Positions 51,232-60,143 of a DNA stretch of 64,000 bases are shown piece after piece. Made by a program: the position numbers and the translations under genes. The first letter of the stretch is position 1. The number at the start of each line of letters is the position of its first letter. This DNA comes from a virus: IMG/VR virus record IMGVR_UViG_3300037068_000153, positions 13,173 through 77,172 of that record. The stretch is one strand, 5' to 3'. Under the pieces are notes generated by a model. That model saw only the letters and a list, made by a program, of their open reading frames with translations, did no database searches and was not told the origin of the DNA.

Positions 51232-51550
51232 AGACGCGGACGCTGACGACGCCGCCCGTCGTATTGCAGATGCTGACCACGGTCTGCTGCCCGGCGGGGT
51301 TCACCGCGCACGGGAAGGGGCCATAGATGCCGGTCGAGTCGATGATGGCCCCACGCGCCGCGCTCGTCTGGAAGGTCGCGCCCGTGGAGCCCGTGGCGTT
51401 GCCGAATTCGAACAGCACACCCGGCTGACTCGCCACAAGGTAGAGCGCCTTGGCCCCTGGTGGGATAGCGAAGCCGCCCGACTGCTGGTTGTTGACCGCG
51501 ACGCCGGCCGCGCCGCCGCTCGGACCAGTAATCGAGCCCAAAAAGTACAT
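51212..51550 (-). CDS. small beta-rich protein with G-x-T-G motifs (virion candidate)
   Basis: First gene after the conserved late element; ITGPSG, NATGSTGAT. Confidence 0.6.
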   Translation of the reverse strand: MYFLGSITGPSGGAAGVAVNNQQSGGFAIPPGAKALYLVASQPGVLFEFGNATGSTGATFQTSAARGAIIDSTGIYGPFPCAVNPAGQQTVVSICNTTGGVVSVRVYASPNA

Positions 51551-51581
51551 GCTTTACAGGTACACCCGCGGGTGTGTCACA
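51551..51581 (-). promoter_or_regulatory. late-type promoter element TGTGACAC-N11-TACCTGTAAAGC-ATG
   Basis: Matches 44374-44404. Confidence 0.6.
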
Positions 51582-51600
51582 CGCGAACGGGCAAGATAAA

Positions 51601-51643
51601 AGATTTTTGTTGACAAACTTGATGGGAGAGCTATATTAGCATC
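51601..51643 (+). promoter_or_regulatory. sigma70-like promoter, probably leaderless
   Basis: AGATTTTTGTTGACA-N16-TATATT-N6-ATG(51644). Confidence 0.7.
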
Positions 51644-52162
51644 ATGAACACGATGGAGGGCACGACGATGACGAATACGTCCGACATCAAGCACGCTTTC
51701 GAGTCCCTCGGTGCGCCACCGTATCGCTTCGTTGGCTTCGAGGTGCGCAAGTACCAGGCGTGCCATGGTGCCCCGATTCAGTGCGGTGGCTCCTGCGACT
51801 ACTGCGGGACTGGCATCATGGACACCTACTGGTTTGTGTCCTCCGACGGCAAGCGCTTTAAGGTCGGCTCCGATTGCGTGCGCAAGAGCGGTGACGCAGG
51901 GCTTTACAGCCAGATTCAGCGCCAGATCAACGCCGTCAAGACGGAGCGTCGGCGCGAGCGCGAGGCCGAGAAGATCGCCGCCATCCGCCTGCAGATGGGC
52001 GACGAAACCGTGCGCGCGAAGCTTGCCACGCAGCCGCACCCCATCGATTACCGCGCCAAAAACGGCGCCACATTACTCAACTGGGCCGACTGGATGATGG
52101 TCAACGCCGGCAACGCTGGCCGCCTCGCGGTGGGCAAGGCCATCGCCAAACTGACCGTCTAA
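51644..52162 (+). CDS. Zn-binding hypothetical protein
   Basis: CDYCGTGI...VGSDCV motif. Confidence 0.65.
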   Translation: MNTMEGTTMTNTSDIKHAFESLGAPPYRFVGFEVRKYQACHGAPIQCGGSCDYCGTGIMDTYWFVSSDGKRFKVGSDCVRKSGDAGLYSQIQRQINAVKTERRREREAEKIAAIRLQMGDETVRAKLATQPHPIDYRAKNGATLLNWADWMMVNAGNAGRLAVGKAIAKLTV

Positions 52163-52171
52163 CCCTGCACC

Positions 52172-52612
52172 ATGAAGACACGACGCAAACGACCCTGGCA
52201 CGAGCGCTTCGACGAGAAGTGGCGCACGAGCCCTACAGGATGCTTTCTGTGGATGGGCGCTTTGAATAGCAACGGTTATGGCGTGTTCTACCTAGACGGT
52301 CGGATGCAGTACGCGCATCGTGTGGCGTTCTCGTCTATGAATGGTGAAGCGACGGAGAAGACAGAGATCGATCATCTCTGCCGAACGCGTAACTGCGTCA
52401 ATCCTGATCACATGGAGATCGTGACGCACAGGGAGAACACGTTGCGCGGCGACACGGTCTCCGGTCGAAGTGCCCGCAAAACGTCGTGCATCCGGGGCCA
52501 CGAATTACCGATTGCCAATCGCAAAGGGCGTCGTCGCTGCAAGCCGTGTGCAGCACTCGCCGAAGCAAACCGCCCTGCTCGCGACTGGAGCAAGGTGAAA
52601 CGCAATAAGTAG
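52172..52612 (+). CDS. HNH endonuclease
   Basis: GCFLW, NGYG, AHRV, IDHLCRTRNCVNPDH, EN; C-terminal CIRGH..CKPC. Confidence 0.88.
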   Translation: MKTRRKRPWHERFDEKWRTSPTGCFLWMGALNSNGYGVFYLDGRMQYAHRVAFSSMNGEATEKTEIDHLCRTRNCVNPDHMEIVTHRENTLRGDTVSGRSARKTSCIRGHELPIANRKGRRRCKPCAALAEANRPARDWSKVKRNK

Positions 52613-52651
52613 CGCGCCTTGGCGACAGGGCGCGCGATGGAGGGCAAGCCG

Positions 52652-52867
52652 ATGAAGACCGTGTACCGCTACCAGGACGGATCGCAGCTGAAAGGTGTTC
52701 CGAGTGACAAGCTGATCGCTGAGAGCGAGAACGAATCGAGTGGGACAGGGGCGGTGCTCGCCTACCTCGACACCAACACGGGCGTGTGGCGATACGTGGC
52801 GCCAGGGAGGGTTGATTCCATACGCCGCTACCGTGGCGCCGACGCGATCACGGTGTACGTCAAATAA
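52652..52867 (+). CDS. hypothetical protein
   Basis: GGAGG SD. Confidence 0.55.
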   Translation: MKTVYRYQDGSQLKGVPSDKLIAESENESSGTGAVLAYLDTNTGVWRYVAPGRVDSIRRYRGADAITVYVK

Positions 52868-53010
52868 CACCATAACGAAAGGGCTCGACGAGGAATAGCG
52901 CAACAGCGGTAGGCGACAAGTCTGCAGGTTGAGCATTCGTAACGAGGGCCGCTGTCCAGAAATGGATCGATGCCGCCTTCCCCGACGCGGGTTAACGGGG
53001 ACCCGTTGCG

Positions 53011-53880
53011 CTATTCCTCGTCGAGCCCACCTACGATCGCACTCAAGTCCGGCTCCGCGTAGCACCTGCACTGGATCGGCTCGCCCGGGTGGCCATCCTC
53101 GGGCGGATCGTCCCACTCGAAATGCTGCCCCTCACGCTCGCGGTGCTCGTCACGCTCGCGCGCGTCCAGCGCCCCCCGCCACACGTAGCCCGTAACGCCG
53201 AGCGCCTCCTGTCGGTCCTGATTCACCTGCGCGTTCAGCTTTCCGATCTGATCCCGCGCGATGCGCCGCGCGTCCGACTCAGCGACGTCGCCGCGAAGGG
53301 CGATCTCGTCGGCGAGCTGGTCTACGTGCCAGCCCTCCTCGAACGCGGTTGAGACCGTCTCGCGCAGCGAATCGAAATAACGCTCGGGGACCGTCTTGAC
53401 GAGGTCGACGTTCTCCCGCACGAAGCCAGGAATGCGGTCGGTCGTGGGCTTCTCGACCGACGACAGCGGCACGCCCACCGCCTGACGCACCTGCCGGTCA
53501 AGCTGGACCTTCTGAAACTCACTCGTCCGCACGCCGAACTGGCGCGCGACCTCGGCCAACTCACGCTCGTTGACCGCCTGCGCGGCGCGCGCAGCTGCCT
53601 TGTCGATAAGCTCGCGGGCGCGGTCCTTTCGGCCACCGGCGTCGAGGTGCAGCTCCGCGCGCTCGTCCGCGAGCAAGCGCAAGATCTCGTCCCGCACGAC
53701 CGCCATCGCCCGCGCGCAGGGCTCGACCGCGCGAGCGCGGATCGCCTTGTAGTACTCGAGCCGCAGTCCGTCGGGCTGCACCTGGCGCGGCATGCGCCCG
53801 CCCCGACGCCTGTGCATCGCGGGCGCGGCGGCGCGCAGCAGCCGGACCATGGCGACAGTACGCGAGCGCGGATGGATCAC
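53011..53880 (-). CDS. head morphogenesis protein (SPP1 gp7/MuF-like)
   Basis: RIARDQ..KLN, YVW...D.RER.EH, HPGEPIQCRC. Confidence 0.88.
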   Translation of the reverse strand: MIHPRSRTVAMVRLLRAAAPAMHRRRGGRMPRQVQPDGLRLEYYKAIRARAVEPCARAMAVVRDEILRLLADERAELHLDAGGRKDRARELIDKAAARAAQAVNERELAEVARQFGVRTSEFQKVQLDRQVRQAVGVPLSSVEKPTTDRIPGFVRENVDLVKTVPERYFDSLRETVSTAFEEGWHVDQLADEIALRGDVAESDARRIARDQIGKLNAQVNQDRQEALGVTGYVWRGALDARERDEHREREGQHFEWDDPPEDGHPGEPIQCRCYAEPDLSAIVGGLDEE

Positions 53881-55799
53881 TCGGCCGCAGCCTTCTTTTT
53901 CGTCGGCCTGGACTTCGGCGCCGGCTCGTCATCAGCGGGCGCGGGCTTCTCACCCGGTTGCGGCTGCGCCGGCGCGTTCTTCGTCGCCTCGACCTTAGCC
54001 GCGTGCATCTCGGCCTGCTGCGACTGAGCGACCTTGAGCTGCGAGGCCTGCGCCTTCTCAGCCTCCGCCTTGTCGGCCTCGTCCTGCGCGGCCATCTCCG
54101 CGCGCCCGTCCATGTCGAGCACGAGCGGACCATCGTTGTACTCCGAGCCCGCGAAGCGCGTCGCCGCGACCTCCTCCGCCGTCACGACGCTGTTGGTCAA
54201 GTAGACCGCGTCGGCCTGCGCAACCTTGAGATAGCGGTCCGCCTTTTCGGTCGCGCTCATCTGGTACAGCGGCCGGTTGATCACACTCCAGCGCGCGGGC
54301 TCGACACCGTCGGCCGGGCCCTCTTTCGATTTGAGGATAAGCCCGACCAGACGCTTTAGCTGCGGCAGCATGCGCTTGCGCTGCCAACTGGCAACGCGGT
54401 CGTAGAACCAGCGGATCTCACTGTCGCCCGTCGCGTTCAGACCCGCCGGCGCCTGACCCATGAGCAGCGACACGGGCATGCCCGCGGCGGCGGCGAGGCG
54501 CAGGGCAAACTGCTGCAATACCTCGGGCAGTCCCGAGAGCGAGGCCATCTCGCGCCGGAAATCCTCCTCGGAGTCCAACATCATGAGCCCGGCGATCGAA
54601 CGACCCATGTTGAGCGCGCGGCCACGCGTCGCCACTACGCCCGTCCCGGCTCGGTTGTTGGCCAGGAGCGACTGCGCGAGATTCTTGATCTTGAGCACGC
54701 CCTGCGCGAAATCCGTCATCAGATTCGCCACGCCGGCCCACGTCTGGTCGTACTGCTGCAGCACGTTGTCGACGCGCGTGAAGAGCGAATCGCCCCATCC
54801 GCGCATCTGCACACGCGCTCGGCGGGAGGCGGCGATGCCGGGGAACACGAGCACGCGCGACTCGTGCACCCAGGTGATGAGTGGACCGTAAACGCCGTTC
54901 GGCCCACTCGCCGCGGGCAGTACGTTGCCGGTGACACGCTCGCCGGGCGCTGGGATCTTGGCGATGGGCACGCCGAGGTTGCGCAGCATGTACATCTCAG
55001 GCTGGCCATACTTCGGCGAGGCCACGTCGCGGTACCACGACCACGCCACCAGCTCCCCGTCCCAGCCGCCCGTGAACGCCGTGATGTGGTTGACGGCGTC
55101 GACGCGCTCCTCGTCGAGCGGCTTCGACAGATCCTCGCTGCCGTCGTCCGCGCCGACGAGGATGCCCGCGCCACCGTAGGCGCGCTCGTAGCAGAGCGCC
55201 TCCCAGAACACCTGCAGCGCGTCGAGCTCCTCGAGCTTGGCATCGACCGCCTCGGCCATTTCGATGCCCGCATCATCCACGTCGATCTCGCCCGGGTGCT
55301 TCGCGGGCGCCGGTGGCCCACCGAACGGCGGCGGGGGCACGGCAGGCTCGCCCGCACCGGCGCTCGGAGGGAAAGCATCGACCTTGTCGGCGGGCTCCTC
55401 CTCGTCGTCCTCGTCCGAGGGCTGCACCTGCACGTCCCAGCCCTCGCGCGTCATCTCGTCCGGGATGGTCTCGATCAGCCGGGCGCCGAGGTCACTACCA
55501 CGCCAGCGCTCCTCGGCGGCCACCTGCGACACGAAGTTGAGCTCGAAACCCATACCCCCGCGCCTGCCGCCGAGCGACTTATCGCGCTCCCAGGTACCGA
55601 TGCCGGTCAGCTCGTTGCGGTAGCCGTCGAGGTTGATCTGGTCCCAGCGCGCCACGCCCGTCGACGGCGCGCGCTTCTCGATCTCGTCGAGCACCTCGGG
55701 CGAGCGCCACGGGTCGACGACCGCGGGCGTCTGGGGCTCATAGCCGTCAACGCTATCGGTCACGCGCGGTTTGCGCCGGAACCAGTCCTGCCATGCCAT
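53877..55799 (-). CDS. portal protein (DUF1073-like)
   Basis: IPDEMTREGW, HESRV, GWGDS, MPVSLLMGQAPAGLNATGDS motifs. Confidence 0.87.
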   Translation of the reverse strand: MAWQDWFRRKPRVTDSVDGYEPQTPAVVDPWRSPEVLDEIEKRAPSTGVARWDQINLDGYRNELTGIGTWERDKSLGGRRGGMGFELNFVSQVAAEERWRGSDLGARLIETIPDEMTREGWDVQVQPSDEDDEEEPADKVDAFPPSAGAGEPAVPPPPFGGPPAPAKHPGEIDVDDAGIEMAEAVDAKLEELDALQVFWEALCYERAYGGAGILVGADDGSEDLSKPLDEERVDAVNHITAFTGGWDGELVAWSWYRDVASPKYGQPEMYMLRNLGVPIAKIPAPGERVTGNVLPAASGPNGVYGPLITWVHESRVLVFPGIAASRRARVQMRGWGDSLFTRVDNVLQQYDQTWAGVANLMTDFAQGVLKIKNLAQSLLANNRAGTGVVATRGRALNMGRSIAGLMMLDSEEDFRREMASLSGLPEVLQQFALRLAAAAGMPVSLLMGQAPAGLNATGDSEIRWFYDRVASWQRKRMLPQLKRLVGLILKSKEGPADGVEPARWSVINRPLYQMSATEKADRYLKVAQADAVYLTNSVVTAEEVAATRFAGSEYNDGPLVLDMDGRAEMAAQDEADKAEAEKAQASQLKVAQSQQAEMHAAKVEATKNAPAQPQPGEKPAPADDEPAPKSRPTKKKAAAE

Positions 55800-55858
55800 G
55801 TGAAAGAAGGTAACGCGGATACAGGAGGAAAGGCTAGCGGACTACTCCGGGGCTATCT

Positions 55859-56086
55859 CTATACTGCCCAGCGCCACAACGGCACCACCGACATCGTGAC
55901 GTTTCGCAGGACGCGGTTTCGCTTGTCGTCGACGTTTACGACCTTCGCGGCTCCAGCTTCGCTGTTGGTCCACTGTAGCACCAGCTCCGCGTAGCCGGGC
56001 ACATAGTCAGGTACCCAATAGCCCTGCGCACGCGCCTCGGCGGCGCTCATGCCAGGCCACAGCGAAAATAGAGTCTCACCGCTCAT
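55859..56086 (-). CDS. hypothetical protein
   Basis: ATGA-coupled. Confidence 0.45.
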   Translation of the reverse strand: MSGETLFSLWPGMSAAEARAQGYWVPDYVPGYAELVLQWTNSEAGAAKVVNVDDKRNRVLRNVTMSVVPLWRWAV

Positions 56087-56475
56087 CGCTTGGCCTCGAC
56101 GGCGCGACGGTAGAGGCAGGACGCGGCGTGAGATCCTCCGGTCTCGTCGCGCTGCTGGGCGTTGCACATCGTGCAGTAATATCGCCGCGCGCCCATGTCT
56201 ACGTCGACGCCGATTGGTTCTTTCATGCTCGCCAGGTCGCTCACGATGCCCTCCGCCACGCGCAGCCGCTCGATCAACTCAGGCACGGCATTGCAGGCGG
56301 CGGCGATGTAGTCGGCGGTTTCGGCGTTGTGCGTACTCACATTGATGTCGCCAAACCAGGCTCCCGTCGCCGTGCAGAGCAGGTGAGCAGGCGAGCCATC
56401 GTCGGGCGTAGTCGTATACGGCAACGCCGTCGCCGCGTTCTTGAGCCGCTCGAGTTCGGCGATGTCGACGGTCAC
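56083..56475 (-). CDS. Ead/Ea22-like hypothetical protein
   Basis: ELERL..AAT..P..ADYIAAACN..PELI pattern. Confidence 0.55.
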   Translation of the reverse strand: MTVDIAELERLKNAATALPYTTTPDDGSPAHLLCTATGAWFGDINVSTHNAETADYIAAACNAVPELIERLRVAEGIVSDLASMKEPIGVDVDMGARRYYCTMCNAQQRDETGGSHAASCLYRRAVEAKR

Positions 56476-57263
56476 TCGTCGTACCCGCGCACCATGCGCT
56501 CGACCGCGCTGCCCTTTTCGGACTGCCCGCGCTCGGCCATGCGCAGCGTGTCGCCATCCGTCTCGGTCTGCAGCGCCCCTACGATCGCGCGCTCGACCTC
56601 GAGCACTCGGGCGCGCATCGTTGCGTCGAGCGACCGCGTCGGCAGGTCGCGCAGGAGGTCGAGGGCGAGCTTGGCCGACTTGCGCACGTCCTCATGCACT
56701 TCCACCGCGATCCCCCGCACCGGATAGCCGTACCTATCGCGCTCCATGTTCACATACGAGAACATGCGATCCATCTGCGTCCGCGCACCCGCGACTTCCC
56801 ACGATCGGCTGCGCATCTTCTCGTTCAGACGCTGACGAAACTGCTCGCAGGTCTCGCCCGCGTCGCGCGTTATGCCCACGGCCCAGGCCCGTGCGTCGAG
56901 GGCCTCTCCCGTCGCGGTAGCGGGATCGCACGTCGGCATGAACGCGCCTCGGCGCCGCGCCTCCCACGACTCGTACCCCGTCACGCCGTCGATAGGCGGA
57001 TCGAAAACGATCCACTCGGGCCTGCTGACGTGCTCTACCCACGACTCGTACCCCGTCACGCCGTCGATAGGCGGATCGAAAACGATCCACTCGGGCCTGC
57101 TGACGTGCTCTATCCCGTTATGCCCCAGCAAAATAATAGACCCCGAAGACTCACGATGAATCTTGAACCGTAGCCCGCCGAACTCGAACCGTAGCCCGCC
57201 GAACTCGAACAGCACCACTTCCACGCCGGCGTATCTCGAGCAAAACTCCCTCAGCAGCGACAT
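56472..57263 (-). CDS. hypothetical protein with internal tandem duplications
   Basis: GGAGG SD; own promoter upstream. Confidence 0.6.
   Translation of the reverse strand: MSLLREFCSRYAGVEVVLFEFGGLRFEFGGLRFKIHRESSGSIILLGHNGIEHVSRPEWIVFDPPIDGVTGYESWVEHVSRPEWIVFDPPIDGVTGYESWEARRRGAFMPTCDPATATGEALDARAWAVGITRDAGETCEQFRQRLNEKMRSRSWEVAGARTQMDRMFSYVNMERDRYGYPVRGIAVEVHEDVRKSAKLALDLLRDLPTRSLDATMRARVLEVERAIVGALQTETDGDTLRMAERGQSEKGSAVERMVRGYDE
56963..57112. repeat. perfect 75-bp tandem duplication
   Basis: EHVSRPEWIVFDPPIDGVTGYESW occurs twice. Confidence 0.9.
57165..57210. repeat. perfect 21-bp tandem duplication
   Basis: FEFGGLR occurs twice. Confidence 0.9.
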
Positions 57264-57303
57264 AGCCCACCTCCTCGCGCATGCTCACCCGCGCACCGTC
57301 GAT

Positions 57304-57318
57304 TGTCAACTAAAATCT
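57304..57318 (-). promoter_or_regulatory. conserved phage promoter, extended -35 (AGATTTTAGTTGACA)
   Basis: Motif copy upstream of the gene starting at 57263. Confidence 0.7.
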
Positions 57319-57537
57319 ACGAAACGCGCCATAGGCCGCGTCGAAGTCGACGGCGGCGGGACCGCGATGCACCAGCTGCCAATCGCCACCGGCGCGCTGG
57401 AACACGAGCGACTCCTCGCGTCCGGCAAGCGCGCCGACGCCGGGCTGCATGACCACGACCCGCATCTGCGACCCGTCGCGCGAGTGGTCGATCTGCAAAA
57501 TCTCACGGCCGTCGATGACGTCGTCGATGATCTTCAT
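57310..57537 (-). CDS. hypothetical protein
   Basis: ATGA-coupled to terL. Confidence 0.5.
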   Translation of the reverse strand: MKIIDDVIDGREILQIDHSRDGSQMRVVVMQPGVGALAGREESLVFQRAGGDWQLVHRGPAAVDFDAAYGAFRRF

Positions 57538-59156
57538 CGTCCCCACCCGTCCCTCGACCAGCCATCTTGCGCTGCCTCGTCGAGGTCCGCCAGCGCCCAC
57601 AGATCAGCCGTGCCCGCCTCCGCCACCGCGAGCAGGTGCACGCCGTCGGCGAGCGCATCAACGTGGTCGTCATGCACCGCGGGGTCGGGGAAGCCCTCGA
57701 GCACGTCGAGGAAGCGGTCGTTCCACGGCCCTCGGACGATGTAGATGTTGCCCGCCTGCGCCTGAGAGCTCGCCGGGCCCGCGTGCGTAATCTTGTCGCC
57801 CGTCGCGCGCGAGCGCCGCGGCGTGTGCACGATGCGGCCGAGCAGCATCGAGACAAATTCCTGCGCCTGCGCTTTGCCCGCCTGGCCCGGGTCCTGCGGC
57901 ACCGAGACCTCCGTATCAGGCTCGCTATCGGCCGTATTCTTGACCTGCTCGCGCACGGCACGCGGCCCCCACTGCCCGTCGTTGACGTGCTCGACGACGA
58001 GCGCACCGTCGGTCAGAAGCGACAGCCGCACACCAGCCGACCAGTCAGGGTTCGTGCTCGTATCAATGCCGCCCTCGCCCTCGGTCGAAGCAAGGTCCCA
58101 GCAGCGCACACGCCTCACGACGCGATCGCCAGCGGGCACAGACTCGAGAAACTTGAACTTGAACATGCCGCGGTTGAACATCTTGCCCGCGCGAGCATCG
58201 CGCACGGGACGCTGGCCAAACTGCGACGCGTACTTGAGCACCGAGAAGGATTTTTTGATCTGCGCCAGCGCGTCGGGCGGGAAGCGCTCGGGGTCGAGCA
58301 CCTCGCCCATCTTGCGATCGTCACGCCACAGCTCGCGCTTGGTGCCGTCGACGGTCTCGTGCGTGGCGTGCTCGCGCTCGTCCTTCTCCATCGGCGTGCA
58401 GAAGTGCTCCCAGCCCGACTCAATGGCCCAGCGCGAGGGGTCGTCGGTGTCCATGCGCTGCATGAGCATGACCGCGGCACCCGTCGCGGCGTCGTTGAAT
58501 CGGGTCGCGACGGCCTGCTGTACGGCCTCGAGCGCGCGGCTGCGCTCCGCCATGGAGCGCGCCTCCTCGGCTGATAGCGGGTCGTCGATGCAGATCTTGG
58601 TCGCGCCGCGGCCGATGACGCCCGATTTGATGCTGCTCGCAATGCGCCGACCACCGGCGGTGTTGGCGAAATCGTCCTGCCGATTCGAGACGCGCCCGCC
58701 CGTCGTCCGCTCGACGCCCAACCGCCACGGCGGGCGGAACGTTTCCTGGTACCACGGCGACTCGATAAGCGCGCGGCATTTGGTCGAGTGCTCCGTCACG
58801 AGATCGTCGCTGTACGAGAGGTAGATGAACGCCTCGCGCGGGTCGACGCAGGCCCAGATCCAAGCGGGCCACATGATGGCGAACATGTTCGACTTGCCCG
58901 TTCGTGGCGGGCCGTTGCCGACGAGGCGGCGGATGCGGCCGCGCGCAACCGCCTCGAGATGCAGGGCGAGCCAAGCGAGGTAGCGGTTCCACTGCAGCGG
59001 GCGCTGGTCAACGTACTGCCAGGCGTTTTGGGCGAACTCCGCGAACGACCACCGCCCCGCGCGCTCCGCCTTGCGCCGGGCACGCTCCGCGGCAATGTCG
59101 GCCAGGGCGCGCTGCGGGTCACGGGCGAGCGAATCGAGTATGGGGCGAGAACTCAG
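57534..59156 (-). CDS. terL: terminase large subunit (inferred CTG start)
   Basis: Walker A GPPRTGKS lies upstream of the first ATG; Walker B CIDDP; MLMQR; nuclease WDLA, QDPGQAGK, HDDHVDA. Confidence 0.9.
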   Translation of the reverse strand: MSSRPILDSLARDPQRALADIAAERARRKAERAGRWSFAEFAQNAWQYVDQRPLQWNRYLAWLALHLEAVARGRIRRLVGNGPPRTGKSNMFAIMWPAWIWACVDPREAFIYLSYSDDLVTEHSTKCRALIESPWYQETFRPPWRLGVERTTGGRVSNRQDDFANTAGGRRIASSIKSGVIGRGATKICIDDPLSAEEARSMAERSRALEAVQQAVATRFNDAATGAAVMLMQRMDTDDPSRWAIESGWEHFCTPMEKDEREHATHETVDGTKRELWRDDRKMGEVLDPERFPPDALAQIKKSFSVLKYASQFGQRPVRDARAGKMFNRGMFKFKFLESVPAGDRVVRRVRCWDLASTEGEGGIDTSTNPDWSAGVRLSLLTDGALVVEHVNDGQWGPRAVREQVKNTADSEPDTEVSVPQDPGQAGKAQAQEFVSMLLGRIVHTPRRSRATGDKITHAGPASSQAQAGNIYIVRGPWNDRFLDVLEGFPDPAVHDDHVDALADGVHLLAVAEAGTADLWALADLDEAAQDGWSRDGWGR

Positions 59157-59704
59157 GACCCCTCGTCATTCGCAACGCCCGGCCCCAGGAGCAACGTTTG
59201 CGGCTCGGGGGGTGCCTGCACCGCGGCGGAGCGCAGAGCGGCCTCCAGCGCGTCCAGCTGTGCATCCGGCAAATCTCGGTAGGATACTGTAAGTCCGGCC
59301 TGCATTTGCCCCTGTGCCTGCGGGGCTTGGTGCAAGTGCAGGTGCTTTTCGGCCTCGAGCACGCCCGTAATCTGCGCCAGGAGCTGCTCGGCGCGCATCA
59401 TCGGCGAATACGCGCCCTCACGCTCGAGCTTGTGCGAGAGGTACGTCAGCCGGTGCAGTCGCACGTCGATGTCGTGCCCGCGCTCGGCCTCGCGTCGCTC
59501 GCGAATGGCGCGGAACGCGTTGGCCTTGTACCGGTCGACGGTGCGCACGTTACAGGTGGGGTGTGCCTCGCGAAACTCAGCGATGAACTCAGGTCGCGGC
59601 TTGCCCTCAGCGACGAGGCGCTCCGCGGTCGCCATGCGCGCGGCCTGCACGACGTGCCCCGGGCGCACACCCCGCCCTCGCCTCCTGGCTACTGCGTTAG
59701 CCAC
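59153..59704 (-). CDS. terS: terminase small subunit
   Basis: Directly upstream of and overlapping terL; HTH-like N-terminus; DLPDAQLDAL C-terminus. Confidence 0.65.
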   Translation of the reverse strand: MANAVARRRGRGVRPGHVVQAARMATAERLVAEGKPRPEFIAEFREAHPTCNVRTVDRYKANAFRAIRERREAERGHDIDVRLHRLTYLSHKLEREGAYSPMMRAEQLLAQITGVLEAEKHLHLHQAPQAQGQMQAGLTVSYRDLPDAQLDALEAALRSAAVQAPPEPQTLLLGPGVANDEGS

Positions 59705-59789
59705 TGCTTGTCACCGCTGGCCACAATTTCGACAATGCGGCCCGCCAGCCCAATTCGTCAACGTAAATATAGCCGCTCCAGCCCATTAC

Positions 59790-60110
59790 CTGTGCGGGTA
59801 TGCTGCGGGTAAAGCCAAAATCATTACCCGCGGGTTATCTTCATGGCATCATTGACGAAACATGCAACACGCGGGGTGCGGGTATTAAGTTCTGACTCCT
59901 CACGTAGGCATGTCACGGGGGTGCGCGCGACACGCGCACACATATTTAATCACGAACGCGGATCATGCACATAAATGTGACATCCCCTATGTGTGAGGTA
60001 GAAAAGTATACCCGCTATACCCGCTGTACCCGCATCTATCTGATCTGAAATAGATTTTTTTTGCGGGTAATAAAATTCGGCGCGGATGCCTTTACCCGCA
60101 TCACCCGCAC
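59790..60110. repeat. TACCCGC iteron cluster in an AT-richer non-coding region (origin candidate)
   Basis: Nine exact copies in both orientations, three of them at a 9-bp period (60009, 60018, 60027). Confidence 0.7.
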
Positions 60111-60143
60111 TCCCAATTGGCGTTTTGAATTATCGGAGGAAAA

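Noticed and set aside
53877-55799. Possible anti-CBASS Acb1 call for the DUF1073-like gene
   Set aside because: Position between terL and MuF and its motifs indicate a portal; no paired HxT 2H-phosphoesterase domain is visible.
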